From NCBI GenBank assembly GCA_963693365.1, contig CAVNZM010000003.1, forward strand, positions 2,741,087 through 2,805,086: 64,000 nucleotides of DNA. The letters are read 5' to 3'. This document shows, piece after piece, positions 1-38,981 of the stretch. The position numbers and the translations under genes are program-made. Each line of letters opens with the position of its first letter. The stretch's first letter is position 1. The DNA is from Amoebidium appalachense (taxonomy: Eukaryota; Protista; Ichthyosporea). A model generated the notes under the pieces. The model was not told where the DNA came from. It saw nothing but the letters and a program-made list of their open reading frames with translations, and did not search any database.

Positions 1-205
1 CAACTTTAGCTGATAACCTGCACGATGAAGTGCAGGTGTAGCTCTGAGTAGTGACTTTTTTTTTTAACATGTGCAGTTTGGACATATATAAATACGTATA
101 TACATATACATATATCCACATAAATTCATAGATACAGAGTGTGTGTATGTGTTGTGTGTGTGTGTGTGTGTGTGTGTGTACGTGAGTGTGTGTGAGCTTT
201 GGGAT

Positions 206-277
<72 letters not shown>

Positions 278-663
278 AGAGAGGCACGAACTTACACACG
301 TGTATCAAACATTCCAACCAAAACAGTAACTGGAAAAACATGGCTTAGGCTTAGGCAAAACGTTGAGATAGAGATGTCGTGTTTGAACCCAGGTACATTG
401 GTAGTTGGTCTGTATAATAGAGGGGTCATGATCAGCAAAAAGACAATAGAAAATACAACGGTTATCCTTTTATGTCAGAGTTGTGACAAAAATACTTGGT
501 AACAAGGGACATAAAGAAACTCAAACAGGGCCGTCCGGGAGACCGGTGCCGGTTGTTAGGGGTTATGGAGCGACAAGAGGGCTCTTGTACTCACCACATT
601 TCCAAGGTGTTTTGCCGCCGATGCTGCTGTTATAATGAAGAGCTTTGCACCATGCAATGCCAT
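1..663 (-). CDS. Possible 5' exons of a minus-strand gene running off the window edge; product unknown
   Basis: Minus-strand splice signals: donor GTGAGT near 594, a 34-nt exon 296-329 bounded by TTCCAG and GTAAGT, and acceptor GTGCAG near 18. One reading is MALHGAKLFIITAASAAKHLGNV/LLFWLECLIHV/CYQLKL. No family recognised; these could be UTR exons. Confidence 0.25.
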
Positions 664-2122
664 ATAGTAGCGACTTTCACCGAAAAGTGGAAACCCGTAC
701 AGTCGCGAGGACTGAGCAACAACACGCTAACGCTTGAAGTCCGCTCGCCAAAAAGTGAGAGGAGGGAGGGCGGGAACAGAGAGAAACCGGAACGGATCTG
801 GGTCTACCAGCCATAACAGTTGCCGTATGCCATCCTTGCAAATGAAGGTATATGTTAGATAGATTATTTTGTTCTCATTATATGCCCAAAGTGGCCCAAA
901 GCGCTCGCAACAACAACAAGACAAAAAAAGTGGAGCAGAAAAACAGCTTACTCTTGCTTTTGTTTGTACGGCAAGTGCAGGAGTTTTCTCCGCGATACCC
1001 GTTGGGCTTTTCTTTCAGCCCGATTCGAAATGATTATATATTATTTACAAATGATAAGCGCTGCATTACGGGCCGTGGTGTGACCCGATTCGGATCTTCA
1101 AATTCAATGCACGATTACATAATCGTCTGGATACGCGGTTGCCATGAAAAGTAGGCCGCACCCCCTTGTGGAATGCAGAATAGCCTTTTTTGGTTAAAAT
1201 GTCATTAAAATGTCATTATCCCGGGAATGTTAATCGCGTTAGACGGCCTGGTGTTTCTAGATGGCCGTGCAGAGAAGGTACGGTCCATGCGTACCTCTGG
1301 GTTGACCTGGTCTGGGGGCGAACGCAGAGGCGTCAAAGACGTCGGGGCGCCGCCTTCCAGACCGGGGGGATGTCATGAGCGTCCCACAATCAACTCTGAA
1401 TTTGTGAATGGGGGGTCTTGTTCTCAGGTCCGGGTCATTTCCGGGTCAGAGGCCACAGACTGACAGAGCAGAGGGCCGTGCACACATGGCAGAGGCGCAA
1501 CTCCTATAGCTATCATTGCTACAAATGTAAACATTGATTCCTATTGGTTCGGCGTGCACCGCTCAGGAATGTCGATGGAATGCAAACAAAATCCGGTCTG
1601 AGGACCGGACAGAGCCAAACTGAGCCGCGGCCGGCGCCGCTGCGTCACTGCCAAGGACTCACTGCTCGTCAGCTCTGCTCGTCAGTAACTGAGTCACTCG
1701 CTGGCACTCGCAGCAGAGGGCTCACTCTGTCACACAGCCCTAAGCGTACATGATAGCCTAGTATTATACTGTATGTACATAGCTCCGGGAAGAACTTCAG
1801 GAGTAGAATCGAGTGTGCATACCATAGATTAGAGCGTGCGTTGTGCTTGGCCTGTATTGCACTGTGTCCCATGCACATGTGTCGGAAAAGCATACAGCTT
1901 GTTCACGCCCAGTTCTGTGAATACGCTGAGTTGAGAAGTTAGAGGCATAAACGGACCGTGGACACAGACACACACCTGCACGCACGCACGCACACGCGCG
2001 CACACGTACACACACACACAAAACCACACACACACACAAACACACACACTTACCAGAAGCACACACGCACACACACGCACACACACGCACACAAACATCA
2101 ATCCTGTTTTAGGGGACTGAAC

Positions 2123-11325
<9,203 letters not shown>

Positions 11326-11343
<18 letters not shown>

Positions 11344-11718
11344 CGCTATTGCCTTAAATGGTAGGCCAAAGGGACTCGGGTTTGACGTCATTGCCTATTA
11401 TTACACATGCCATAAATAACCAAGATATTGCAACATGGAATTATGGCAACCAACTTGAAGGCCTATTACTTCAACTAGGATTTAGAAACATTGCCTATTA
11501 TGGCAACTAATATTTAGCAACATTGCCTATTATGGCAACCAGGATTTAGCGATATCGCCTATTATGATCACCATAATATAGCCACATTGCCATTATAGTA
11601 AACAATATTTAGATATATGGCCTATTATGGCAACTAAGATATAAGGATATTGCCTATAAAGGCAAACAAGATTCAGGGATATTGCCTATTATGGCAACTA
11701 AGATTTAGCAACATGGCC
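11326..11718 (+). repeat. ~32-bp minisatellite in the P450 3' UTR (about 10 degenerate units)
   Basis: Unit ATTGCCTATTATGGCAACTAAGATTTAGCAAC. The CDS end GGTGGCCAAGACTTAGCGCTATTGCC aligns to the unit. Confidence 0.88.
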
Positions 11719-11795
11719 GGGCATTAGTATTTTTTAAAAATGTTAGCGACATTGCCAAATATGGCAGGGCATGGTATCTTATATGTAGCCTATGC

Positions 11796-11827
<32 letters not shown>

Positions 11828-12421
11828 TTTGCCCCGTGTATAGAGTAACGCTACAACAGTGGATATTTTTTGACGGTAGCCTACGGTCCCATTGGGGGTA
11901 ACTTTAGTGGTGCACGCAATATTTCCTAATGGGTGCGGATACATTCATCTGCAGCCTGTGGGACAAGGCATATGGTCCCTAAATGTAAGTTTTGTAAAGA
12001 CGGATGCTATGTTAACAAGGCAAGTGAATATGCAGTCCACACATAATAGTAGTTGCACAGGAGAATGATGCATACACGGAGCTATGCAGTGATTGTGCAT
12101 GCAAGTCCCCGTATGTTAGTTTGGTAATAAACCAAAAAAGGCTTCACGACTTGGCCACATATGCATGTCCGTTTGTTGAAGGTGTGTGCAGCAGGGTATG
12201 CATATGTGCAGCTATGTTATTCACCACATGTCAACGTGGTGAATGTGAGTTCGAATGCCTCAGTGCACACATGTGCACATCTGTCTAAGTAGTACTAGTG
12301 GTGACTCGTGACGGCTGTGGCCCACCAATTTTCCAGCACTCACAGCTGACGTGCTTGCACGATTTGTGTGCCTGGACCTGCTTTTTTCCTCACCTTCTCC
12401 ATTCCTAAAAAAAAAACCTAT

Positions 12422-12524
<103 letters not shown>

Positions 12525-12907
12525 CCCCACCTCCCACCCCCCGGGGAGGAAAAAAAAACAAGAAAAAAAAACTTTTCTTTGGTCGTTTGCAGATATTGCC
12601 TGTCCACCCCCTCCCCACCCCCTTCTCCGTCCGTCTCCTCGAGCTCCGGCCCTCTTCCTCAAAAAAGGAAAGAAAAACGAAAGGACCGACTAAACACACA
12701 TAGGCACGCACGCAGGCCCAGGCGCGCGCGTGCGCGCACACACACACGTACAGACACACCTGCACACACAGACAGGCACACACACGCACGCACATGTCAC
12801 ACACACACCCACACAGTCGACTGAGCAAGAAAGAGAACTTAAAGCAGAGCGAGATCTAATGAGAGCTCTACTTCTTCTCCCCCCCCCCCCCCCCCCCTTC
12901 TGTGGGT

Positions 12908-12966
<59 letters not shown>

Positions 12967-13789
12967 GGGGGGGGTTTGAGATAGCGCGAATAGTACCCAT
13001 TCTAAAGATCAACCATACCACGAATGCTGTTTTGAAAGTTTCGTGTTGTGAATATTAGATGATATTGATGTACGTCATGGTGTATTATACAAGACAGGGA
13101 ATCTAGGAGTGTGTACCCAGCGTGGCACACGCCACTTCCGCCCACCCACTATAGACACAATCCAAAGTCGATCGCACGCAGGCCCCCACACGGGCCCCCG
13201 CTCACATAATGGCCGGCACAAACATGCAATACATGTATCAGAGTGGGAGAGCAGTCTAACCACCAAAAGAGTGATTCCTGCTTCTTTGCCTCGAGTAAAC
13301 AGCGTAAACCCCATGCATATATGGGCATTTGACGGCATACTTTATTTATTAGCGTATTTTATGATTGTATTTAACTTTAACGGGCTCAGCCGTCCCCAGA
13401 TATTCTTTGCACCCGAGGCCAAGCGCTTGCATGCAACTGCAAAAAAAAACATTACTGATCTCAGTGAAGTAGTAAAGATGTTAATACTTAGCAATTTTCA
13501 CAAGGCGGCTGATCTGCATTAAAAAATAACAGGAATCCGTGATTGGGTGGCACTGTGTCTATGAAAAGCTACACCAATACCCCGCACGCCTCCACACACT
13601 TCTCTCTGTGTATAAAAGTGTACCCACAAAGCCTTGCAGGCGTGTGTGTTTCATGCTTTCCCGCCGGTCACGCTCACACATCATAACTAAGCGGTATAAC
13701 AATAATAAGTGCATGCACATCTGCACGCAAATACACAACAATAGATCGTCCAAACACACCAACCACATGTACAGCCATCCCCCACGGAC

Positions 13790-14229
13790 CTAAGCAATCT
13801 GTGTGGTTGTAGTAATAACCTGGTACCCGCTCTCATAAGCCTCAATGTCGCTACCAAAAGGCCACAGTGCCAACTCGGCCAACTTTGCATGCTGGTAGGC
13901 AAAGGGGATGCCTATGATGGTGGCACACATGACAGCACCCAGCACCAGATGGGTGATGGCCAGAGAGATGCCAATAGGCAGCCACAGCAGATTGCCCACA
14001 CAGTGGCAGCAGTCCTGCTTATGCACTGGCCGGCCTATCTCCTTGCCAAACGCAGCTGCACTGAGTTGCGCTAGTTTGAACAGCTGTGGTAGGTTGGGGG
14101 GAGGGGGGGGGGGGGGGATTAGAAACGGTACATAGTATTAAGGCACAAGGGTGTGGGTCACAGGGTGATACTATAATTAAGCCCAAGGAACCAAGGTTTT
14201 TTTTTTTTTTTTTTTTTTTTTTGTTGGGG

Positions 14230-14265
<36 letters not shown>

Positions 14266-14679
14266 GGGGGGCTAGAAATGCTGTTCAGAGCTCAAAAGGC
14301 ACAAATGCACCACGAAAGACATCGTGCAGCACATAAAAGAGAGGGGGGGGGAGGGGGGGTGTAACTAGCTGAATTGCAGCATATATCCATGTATTCTTTT
14401 GAATCTTCTTCTAGCGGTTTGGGTGCGGTTTAATTCTGTTATCCTAACCACACACAATCTAAGTTGCCACGTGGGTGTGACTTATGTATAGACATGTACG
14501 CACACACCTGCACGCCAAAGGGGATGCCGACGAGGGTCAGACACAGGGCCAGGCCGATGGTGACGTAGACAATGAAGAAGATGAACCCCCTGCACGTGCA
14601 CGCCTGTCATTATGTGCCCTCACACACACACATGCCTCACTTGACCCTTGCAATATGTGCTTCACAACCACTACATCAG

Positions 14680-14720
<41 letters not shown>

Positions 14721-15420
14721 CCTCCCGGATTTCGCTGATCACTTACAAAACCGGCAACCAGAAAAGAATAAGAAAAGAAAAAAGGACTTGCACAGGGGAA
14801 TATGGTGAAGGAGGGTACAACACGTAGGGCAGAAACGAACCGGTTGGTGCCGGGCACTGCCCGGAGAGGTGTTCGTGTGTGGGGGGCCGGGGAAGGAGGG
14901 AGGTGTCATAAGATCTATACCAAGGGGGTTTTGAGAACCATGAGGGGCGGGGGGGGGGGGGGGGGGGAGGGGGGAGGGGGGGGGGGTCTCTCTGCTATAA
15001 ACACAAGGGAAGGGGCGGTGCTATAGACATATGGGGGGAAGAGGGGGGGGGGGGGGGGGGAGCATAACCATATAAGCAGGGGTGCAATATAACCATGCCA
15101 GGGAAGTGACCTACCCGCCCAGGAAGAACCACAGCATGTTGCCAACACACACACCACACTGGTTTGCATTGTCCGACACATAGGTCACCCTCGTGGTGGT
15201 GCGCACGAGCGGCGTGGTACTGTTTGCAGGCATGTTGACGGTCTGGTGGTAATCAGTGCGCGGCGGCTGGGGCGCTGAAACAGGGGCAGGGGCACGGGCA
15301 GGTTTGGATTTGGGGGCAGAGGCTGGGGCCGATGGGGGGATGGAGGTGGGGGCAGGCTGGTGGGCTTGCGCAATGTAGGCCTGGGTCTGTGTTGGAGGGT
15401 GTGTGTGTGTGTGTATGTGC

Positions 15421-15451
<31 letters not shown>

Positions 15452-15478
15452 GAGGGGGGGTAAGGTGTGTGGGTGAAG

Positions 15479-15553
<75 letters not shown>

Positions 15554-16857
15554 AAGTGGGTGTGCCTGTGTGCGTTAGGTCCATGTTTTCCGCTTTTTCT
15601 TGCATTCTTCAGTTTCTTTCGCTCGATCATTTCATTTCATTTCTTTTCGTTCTTTCTTTTTTTTTTCTTTTTTTCTTTTTATGTTTTTTTTGTTTGTTTT
15701 TTTTTGGTTTTTTTTTTTTTGGGGGGGGGGGGGGGAGGGGGGGGGAGAGGGGGGGGGGGGGGGGGGGGGGGGAGTAAAAAGGAGAGGGCAAGATCCTGTC
15801 AGCATGTACGAGTGTGTGCATGCGTTCGTTCAACTGCACCAGAAGGAAGGATGGGCGAGGTTGCATCTACGCGCTTCTTGCAACCCACTATTTTGCTGTG
15901 CATGGTTAAATCCTCCACATATAAAGGAGCACTCCAGCTCCTTCAACATGCACACACCCACCTCAGGCTGGGGCTGGTATGTTTGGTAGTTGGGTTGGGG
16001 ATACAGCGGCTGGCTGGGCCCTGGCGCTGAGGCCACGGAGTAAGGGGGTGGCTGGTCGGCTGGTGGCTGTGGGTGTATATATACTTAGCCCACACGTGTG
16101 TGTGTGGGAACTTACCATGTTTTACATGCACGTGTCTGCCTTACACCCCCCCCCCCCCCCCCCCCCACCTTCCCCCCCCTAGCTAGGGATAGTAGTGTGT
16201 GTGTGTGCAACTCATGCCTTTGAAAAAAGGCTGTGTCCGTGCAGCCTCGTGCAAATTAAGTGTACATGTGCTGTGTGTAACCGTAGGCATCTGCCAAGGT
16301 ATGCTCAAGTGTAGGGACACTGTGTCAGTCCCTAGGGGCCACAAAGCTACCTAAGTGTTATGCAACTGTATGACACAGAAGGTATTATATACGTGCGGAA
16401 GGAAGGACCATGCTCCCATGTAGTTTTTGTAAGGTGTGTAGATTGTTAAACAAGAACTTACAGGTGTTGTGTGTTTTTCACCATTTTTGACCAAAAAAAC
16501 TATAAAGAAAAATTGTGTAGTGACAACTGCGCGTGTGTGCACAAGGCGGTCTTCCACTTTAGCATCCCTAAAAAGTGCGTGGGGTGCGCAGCACGGGCAG
16601 GTAGTGTGTGCGTTTCCATAAAGCGATGCGTGTGCGGATGCAGAGGCGTGTGTGCGTGCGCGTGCGTAGGAGCGCTGTGTGCGTAACTGTTATGTATGCT
16701 TGTGTGCTTGCCTTGTGTGCGCGAGCATGTGCATGGGTGAGTGTGTGTCTGTGCGCACGAATGTGAAGTGTGTTCGAATTCTTGCAAAAACACTTACGGC
16801 CGTGGGAGCGTAACCCGGGTACGTCGTGTATGCCTGGTCGCCTTTCTGAGTAGACAT
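13790..16857 (-). CDS. YccF (DUF307)-domain membrane protein with Pro-rich N-terminus, 5 exons, ~268 aa
   Basis: Exons 16857-16798, 16066-15962, 15380-15115, 14589-14508, 14083-13790; all GT-AG and phase-compatible. Two YccF repeats: GNMLWFFLGG...LCLTLVGIPFGVQLFKLAQLSAAAFGKEI and GNLLWLPIG...MCATIIGIPFAYQHAKLAELALWPFG. Confidence 0.9.
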
Positions 16858-16859
16858 GA

Positions 16860-17493
16860 TTGCACACTTATACTAAGTCTTATGCTGAACTAAACAGGCC
16901 ACCACTCAAAGTAGACAAAAAGAAACGAAGAAGATGGATGGAAAAAATGGTGAACATGAACCACTTCCGAGTCCTTTTGTGTTGGGGCAGGCTGATGTCA
17001 GAGTGACGTAATGGATGCTTCTTCGAGAGGGGCAAATAGATGTTCTACCTTACCTCAAATAGGAATTGGAATCATATCGCACATAAGTAAATATATGATA
17101 ATATAAAAGGTAATATTTATATATTTTGGATAGATATAAAATATTTAGTTTCTAATAAGATTTTTTACAACCTGTAAAAAAAAGACTTCTACACGGGCAT
17201 GTTTAAAAGCACACAGGATCACTTTGAAGTTCATTAATTTGCCCCCCTCTCCTGCGCACCATAAAAAGGCAAACTATTGTTCATCTAATTGGTTCGATTG
17301 CAGGCCTAGCTTTGATTGGCTACGAAGCTTGGCGCGTGGCTTTTGAGGTTTTCGTTGAGTGAACGAACAACATGGTCATGAACAGTTCTATTTCTACTTT
17401 TTTTTATTTTATTCCACGTGCACATTGAATCTGAGGGTATGTAGCGCCGCTGTGAAGATAGATGCCTTCAGGCACATAGATAAACACGGTAAC
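16860..17493. promoter_or_regulatory. Divergent promoter region between the YccF gene (-) and the Rieske gene (+)
   Basis: Start codons face outward about 640 bp apart. The region is free of microsatellites, has an AT-rich core (~17080-17180) and has ATTGG (reverse CCAAT) motifs near 17288 and 17315. Confidence 0.45.
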
Positions 17494-20667
<3,174 letters not shown>

Positions 20668-20696
<29 letters not shown>

Positions 20697-20935
20697 TACT
20701 CGGCCTATACATATAGAATTGACTCAGCCTGGGACAAGGGTTATACGGAGAAGTATCGTGCCGGCATGGATGACACACGAAGCATACGGATAAGTATCGA
20801 CCCGGCATAATACGCGGAATATACGCATAAGGAGAAGTATTCACCCGGTCTGATATACGAAGCATACAGATACAGTATCGACCCGGCATGATACACGGGG
20901 CATACGGATAAGTATCAACCCGGCCTGATACACGG
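20668..20935 (+). repeat. ~35-bp minisatellite spanning the Rieske stop codon and 3' UTR
   Basis: Unit GCATACGGATAAGTATCGACCCGGCATGATACACGG, about 7 degenerate copies. The first copy encodes IRISIDPA*. Confidence 0.88.
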
Positions 20936-21235
20936 TTCATCCATGGCCGGGTAGAGAACGGCCCACGGAAATCTAAGGATGGTGTGTGCGGACTGCACAC
21001 TAGCCTGTGATCCTAGTCTGCATGTCAATGACGTCACGACCGCACATCTGGATCGGTTACTATGTATGGTGTGCAGCAGGGCAGCTTACGGCCAGCAGCA
21101 TTGGGCCCAAAAATGCAGCATGCAGGTTTCGCAGTGAAGACTAATATTTGAACACTACCGTGCATCCGTGTAAGGGAAGCATCAGGAGACGAGACGACAA
21201 GTCACCGTTTTTTTTTGTTTCTCTTTTTTTTCCCC

Positions 21236-21283
<48 letters not shown>

Positions 21284-21838
21284 GACATGGTCTTTTGCAC
21301 ACGGCAGGCAGCCGGCTGCTGTGGGTTTATTGTTCGGTACCACGACCGTGCGTACAGGGGGTTAATGTTTCCACTATTTACATATCCATTATCGGTTAAT
21401 GTAGACTAATATCACATATAATCATTTAGTGCAGTATTGCCCTGCTAGTCGAATAATAACGAACGTTAGTTATGTATGAGGACACCCGTGCATGTGTATG
21501 TCTTTTGGGGTTAGCTGTGAACATGGTTCAATGTGTGTTCTTTGAATTAAGAGGCAAATGAATACTCAGTGAATGAATGAACACAGGGATACGTAGGTAC
21601 GATGCCATCTGTGTTTCTCTAACGACGACTGTCAATAAAGCATGTCATATGAACATGAGTAGTATGCCATATGATATCAGCCATACGCATGGTCCCATTT
21701 GTATTTTTGATACGAGTATTCATCAATGTATGAATGCCAACGGCCGTTAATGATGCATCCACGTTGTAAATTCGGTTGTGCATGCAAGTGTTCATGCATA
21801 TCCTTCCTACCTCATTCCTCACAATACCGTGACACACT

Positions 21839-33993
<12,155 letters not shown>

Positions 33994-35845
33994 GCTTGCT
34001 TGCGTTATATCACTGTCTGTTTAGTGCCGTATGCGTCTGATATAGGAACATTCGGGTGTGGATCTGGAAAGTTAGGCGCTATCAAGCAACCGAACAGAAC
34101 TGTGTGGTAGGTGTGAGTGTTGCCCATTAAGTCCTAGGGGTTCTGTGTGCGCTAAAGGAAACATGTAACTTCTGCACCACTATAGTCGCCCACTGTAGGC
34201 TAGACGTGCAATTACCTTCCCTCCCAGTAAAACTACCCCACAAACGCTGACTAATTTCTTACATGTAACAGCTGTTCTAGAAAAAGCTTTCCCTCTCGAG
34301 GCATGCGTGAGAATGCGTGAGTGAGTGAAGCCCCATGGTAACGGATTTTCAAAAACATGCAGCGACCGATTGGTCGCTGGCACCATAACTGTTACCGTAA
34401 CTTCGCGCACGGCACAATCCGTTTGGTCCGTGTACAGGGTTTGATATAGTGCATTTGTCAAGCCGTCCAGACGAACGTCACGTCTACTTTGTAGTGCTGC
34501 TGTAACACCCAAGTTCACATATAGATATCCTATCACACATGCGCCACTCCATCCTGTTTTTTCTTCAAGCAAAACATAACCAGTTAAAAAGAAAATCGAT
34601 ACACTCAATCACCACCTCACAAGTGGGCCTTTCCCGGCTCCGGGTACCGTTTTAGCTATCTTGTAAAACAAACCCTGTGCCACCCACGTCCACTTTCACA
34701 AAACGTCACTCACTGCGGCAGGCTCTGATCGAAAAAACGAAACGTAACTGCAAGGGACAGATTGAGCTGCCAACAGTATCAATTGGCTTCCTTGTTGTGA
34801 ATCTACTCAGTGCATGCGCTGTTTTTCTTGGTCGAACTGGTAGCATTTGATGTTAGAGGCAATTTTAGGCACACTTACATATAGTTCGTTGCAAACACCA
34901 ATACAAGCTGCTGCCAACCCTTGGCCGGAAGCTTTTTTTTGGGCCTCCTCGGTGCTCGTTTTCTGGCTGCAGCTGTCTACTTTTGTGGCAGCACAACGCA
35001 ACACCCATAGCACTTCCTTCCTCCCACGGGCCAAGGCAGGTGTGTGCAGGTTCTGTGCAAAGGATAGGCCACATGGTTCTGAGCACGTGCATGTCGCCAC
35101 TTCGTTTCCTTGGCGCCCCCGGAACCCTGCTCTCTCTCTCTCCTGTCAGTCCTGTATCCTTCCTGTTTTAGTTTGTCTGTGCGCATTTTTCTCTGCGTTT
35201 TCGTTTTCCCTTTTCTGGCCGTTTAGGCCCTCGAAATCTCATTATCCGACCATTCATTTCTCTCCCCCTTCCCCTTTCACTCTCTCTCTCTCCCCCTCCC
35301 CCCCTCGCCCTCCCCCTCTCTCCTCCCCCCTCTTCTTTCCCTCTCCCTCTCCCTTCCCAGCCCCTCTCTCTTCCTTTCCCTTGCTATCACTTCTTTCTTT
35401 CCACCTCCCTCCGTTCTTTTTTGTCCTTCTCGTCTTCCCTCCCTCCCCCCCCCCCCGGCGCCCCCCGTTCGGGGCCCCCTCTGCCTTTCCCCCCTCCTTG
35501 TCATTCTTTCATCGCTCAACCCACCTCCTGCTCGTCCACCTCCCCTTCTGCCTCCCTCTCTGCCTCTCCCTGTCCCGTTCCCGCTCCCTCTCTCTCTACC
35601 TCCTCCTCCCCCCCCCCCGCCCCTCCCTCCACGCCCTCCCCCCCCTCCCCCCCCACACACACACACCACGTCTGCCTACCTTTACTGTTGGCCCCACTCA
35701 CCTTCCTTTTAAACACGGTGCTCTCCTGCTTTTATGAAGACCCCTGTTCACGTGTGGTTTGTCATTTGTCACATCATCTCTTGCCGTCCCCCTCCAATTC
35801 CCGTGTTCTTCTCTTTTGGGTGCCGTCATTCCTATGCCTCCCCCC

Positions 35846-35876
<31 letters not shown>

Positions 35877-36016
35877 ACACACAGACACAAACACTCGGCC
35901 TCCATCTGAGGATGGGCTGTGTTTATGAATGCATACTCTTTGTGTATGCCTTGCAAAACCGGCTTGGTGTTGCTCGGCATAAGTGTGTACTTCACACTTT
36001 CTAACAAACCATAAAC

Positions 36017-36068
<52 letters not shown>

Positions 36069-36140
36069 AAAAAAAAAAACCAACCTCCATGCTTTTTCGC
36101 TCGCCTGGACTCACGGACACACCACGCAACCCCCCCCCCC

Positions 36141-36171
<31 letters not shown>

Positions 36172-36611
36172 AACCAACCACCCACCCAACCACCCACCCA
36201 CACAGTCGCCCACCCCCCCGTTTACCGTGACCATCTATCCCCCCCCTCCCCCCCCTCTCTCTCTCTTCATAGGAGCCGCAAGGTTTCGGAGTGGCAACCT
36301 CTTTTTTACACAGAACATACCTGTTCCTTCTGGACACAATGAAGTAGCCACACAACCACACACGCGATTCACACACTCTCACCTATACCGGCTCATGTAC
36401 CAATATGCAGCCCCCCCCCCCCCCCCCCCCCCCCCCGCCCCATCCCCCCCTCCCTCCCCCCTCCCCCCTCCCCCTCCCCCGCCCCCCGCCTCTTTCATTT
36501 TCCAGCACTGCCAGCCCCTTCTTCTGCTGGCACCCGTGGGTTGGTGGTTCATGGCCTCTCGTCTGTCTCTCCCCTCCCGTCCCCCCTCCTCAACCCCCCC
36601 CCCCCCCTGGG

Positions 36612-36750
36612 TCCTCCCTGAGGATGGGCTCTGCTTATGACGCATACTGTGCACATGGCTGATGTTGCATACTTGAATGTTTGCCTTTGCATGTGTCCTG
36701 CACCATGCTTCTCGTCGTGTATGCGTACTTCGTACCGTGTTCCGCATTCA
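36612..36750 (+). repeat. Dispersed repeat, copy B; its 5' part also recurs at ~35905
   Basis: CTGAGGATGGGCT(C/G)TG(C/T)TTATGA..GCATACT is shared with 35906-35937. The remainder matches the reverse complement of 28683-28806. Confidence 0.7.
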
Positions 36751-36761
36751 ACCCCCCCCCC

Positions 36762-36792
<31 letters not shown>

Positions 36793-37478
36793 ACCTCACT
36801 GCCGCTGTCCAAATTTGTTGTACCGTGGGATACCCCCCTCCTACCCCCCCCCCCCCCCCCCCCCCTTTCCCTCCCCTCCTAGCTCGGCCTCGTTCTACGT
36901 CTGCCTCCTCCCTTGCTACCAATTCAGCCTGTGCATGTCTATCCCCGACCCCTATTATTCCTGCCGTGCACCTGTTACGTCCATTATGGCACATACCCTT
37001 TAAGTCTCATCCACCTTTGACACACCACCGGTCTTGCCCAACATCCATATCCATTAAAACGCATCTGCTCCCTCTTTCCTCGTTTGTCTTTTTCCTCCCT
37101 GTTGTCGTCCTCTCTTGTGTCCCATCTTGATGTCATCAAGGCCTGTGCTTTAAGGCCTGTGCCTTCCATGCCCCCCTCATCCCCCCCCCCCCCCCCCCCT
37201 CCCCCCCCCCCCCCCCCCCCCCCCCACTTCCCACTGTCCCGTCTTCCCTCCCTCCCTCCCTCCCTCCCCCCCAACCCCCCCCCTCCCCCCCCCCAAAAAA
37301 AAAGAAAAGAAAAGAAACCCCTCCCCTTCCTCCCTACCACCTAAACACCCAAACAAAAAACCACGACGAGAAAGAAAAAGAAAAACACACCCACCATACA
37401 CCTGCACCCACTCATAGCAAAACACACAGGTCCCTGGTATCTTCCCCTCCAACTTTCTCTCTGCTTGTTCATAGCGCC

Positions 37479-38069
37479 ATGGCCACACCTGAGTCTGAGG
37501 GGCGCAAGCGTCGGCGTGTGGAGACAGACAGCGAGGACGGACACAGTGTGCGGGTGGTGGCCCCCCCGTGGCTCAGAGAGCTGATACGTAGACTGCACCA
37601 CTTTGCAGCAGACATTGTTCATGATGACGTGGAGGTGTGTGGCATCATGATGCTTACAGTCGTCCTACATCCTTTTTGTTCCTTGGGAAACAGTTACATG
37701 GACGTGTTTGTGCACACACGCATAACGGACACACACTTAAATGCACACGCACATGTGCATATACATGCACATGCACACACACACACTCACAAACACACAC
37801 GCAACACACACACACAGCCGACACACGCTTAACTACACACGCGCGCACACACACACATTTTCACACACACACACACACACACGTGCGCCACAGCAGGCAT
37901 GCACACACACACATGTACACAACCACATGCACACATCGCGCACACACGCATGTACACCCATATGCACGTGTGCGGGTGTGCACACACAGACACACAACTG
38001 CACGGTATACAGGCATTGACTCAACCTCACACCAAGGCTATTAGTTGCTCCTGCCACACACACACACAC

Positions 38070-38141
<72 letters not shown>

Positions 38142-38872
38142 TCTCTCCCCCCCCCCTCTCTCTCAGAGAGTCTCTCTCTCTTCTCTCTCTCCCTCTCTTT
38201 CTCTTTCCCCCCCCCCCTCCCCCCCCCCCCCCCCCTCCCCCCCTCCCCCTCCTTCCCATTCTCTCCCATTGGCATACATGCAGACACATGCCCTGTGCCC
38301 GCATGTGTGAGCACAGGAACATGCACATGCATTTGTGTACATGTGTACGTGTGTACAAACACACCAGCTAGCACACACAGATGTGTCTTCCCCTGGGGTG
38401 GCCACCGGTGACTCCTCTTCTCTCTGTTACCAGTCTGTGTCCCCACAACTTGGCATGGCATGGCACAGTATTCACTTGGAGGCCACTTTAGGTTGGGCAG
38501 AGCTTCAAATATCACTCTTGGGCTGTACAACTTGACGACCAGAGATTTTGAATAGTCACCACTTGCACACCCACCCCTATGCCCAACATACGCACCAGTG
38601 TGCATGCTCTTTTTGCCACGTGTTTACACACCACGTGTGCAGGTGTTTGTTCTTCCTGAGGGTGCACCGACATTACAGTCAAACGGGACTGTTTTGTGGC
38701 CGCATGCAGATGTCGGGAGCATAGCGGCAGCGGTGATGGTGTCGTGTGCAAACGGGCTGAAAAAGTGGGAGAGTGTGCACAGGGGCAAGACGTGGAGCCA
38801 GTTCACGAAGATGCAGGTGTGTGTGTGTTGGGTGTATGTGTGTGCATGTATAAGGGAAGGTGTGTGCGCGCC

Positions 38873-38907
<35 letters not shown>

Positions 38908-38949
38908 TGGTGGTGTTTGGGGGGTGGGGGGGGTGGGGTGTGTGTGTGT

Positions 38950-38981
<32 letters not shown>

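Noticed and set aside
12245-12260. GTTCGAA T-loop-like motifs (also 17291, 54575, 62039) as tRNA genes
   Set aside because: No cloverleaf or matching A-box could be built around them.
34847-35737. 296-aa ORF upstream of the ADD-like gene
   Set aside because: It is mostly low-complexity pyrimidine tract with no recognisable domain; more likely promoter, 5' UTR or intron.
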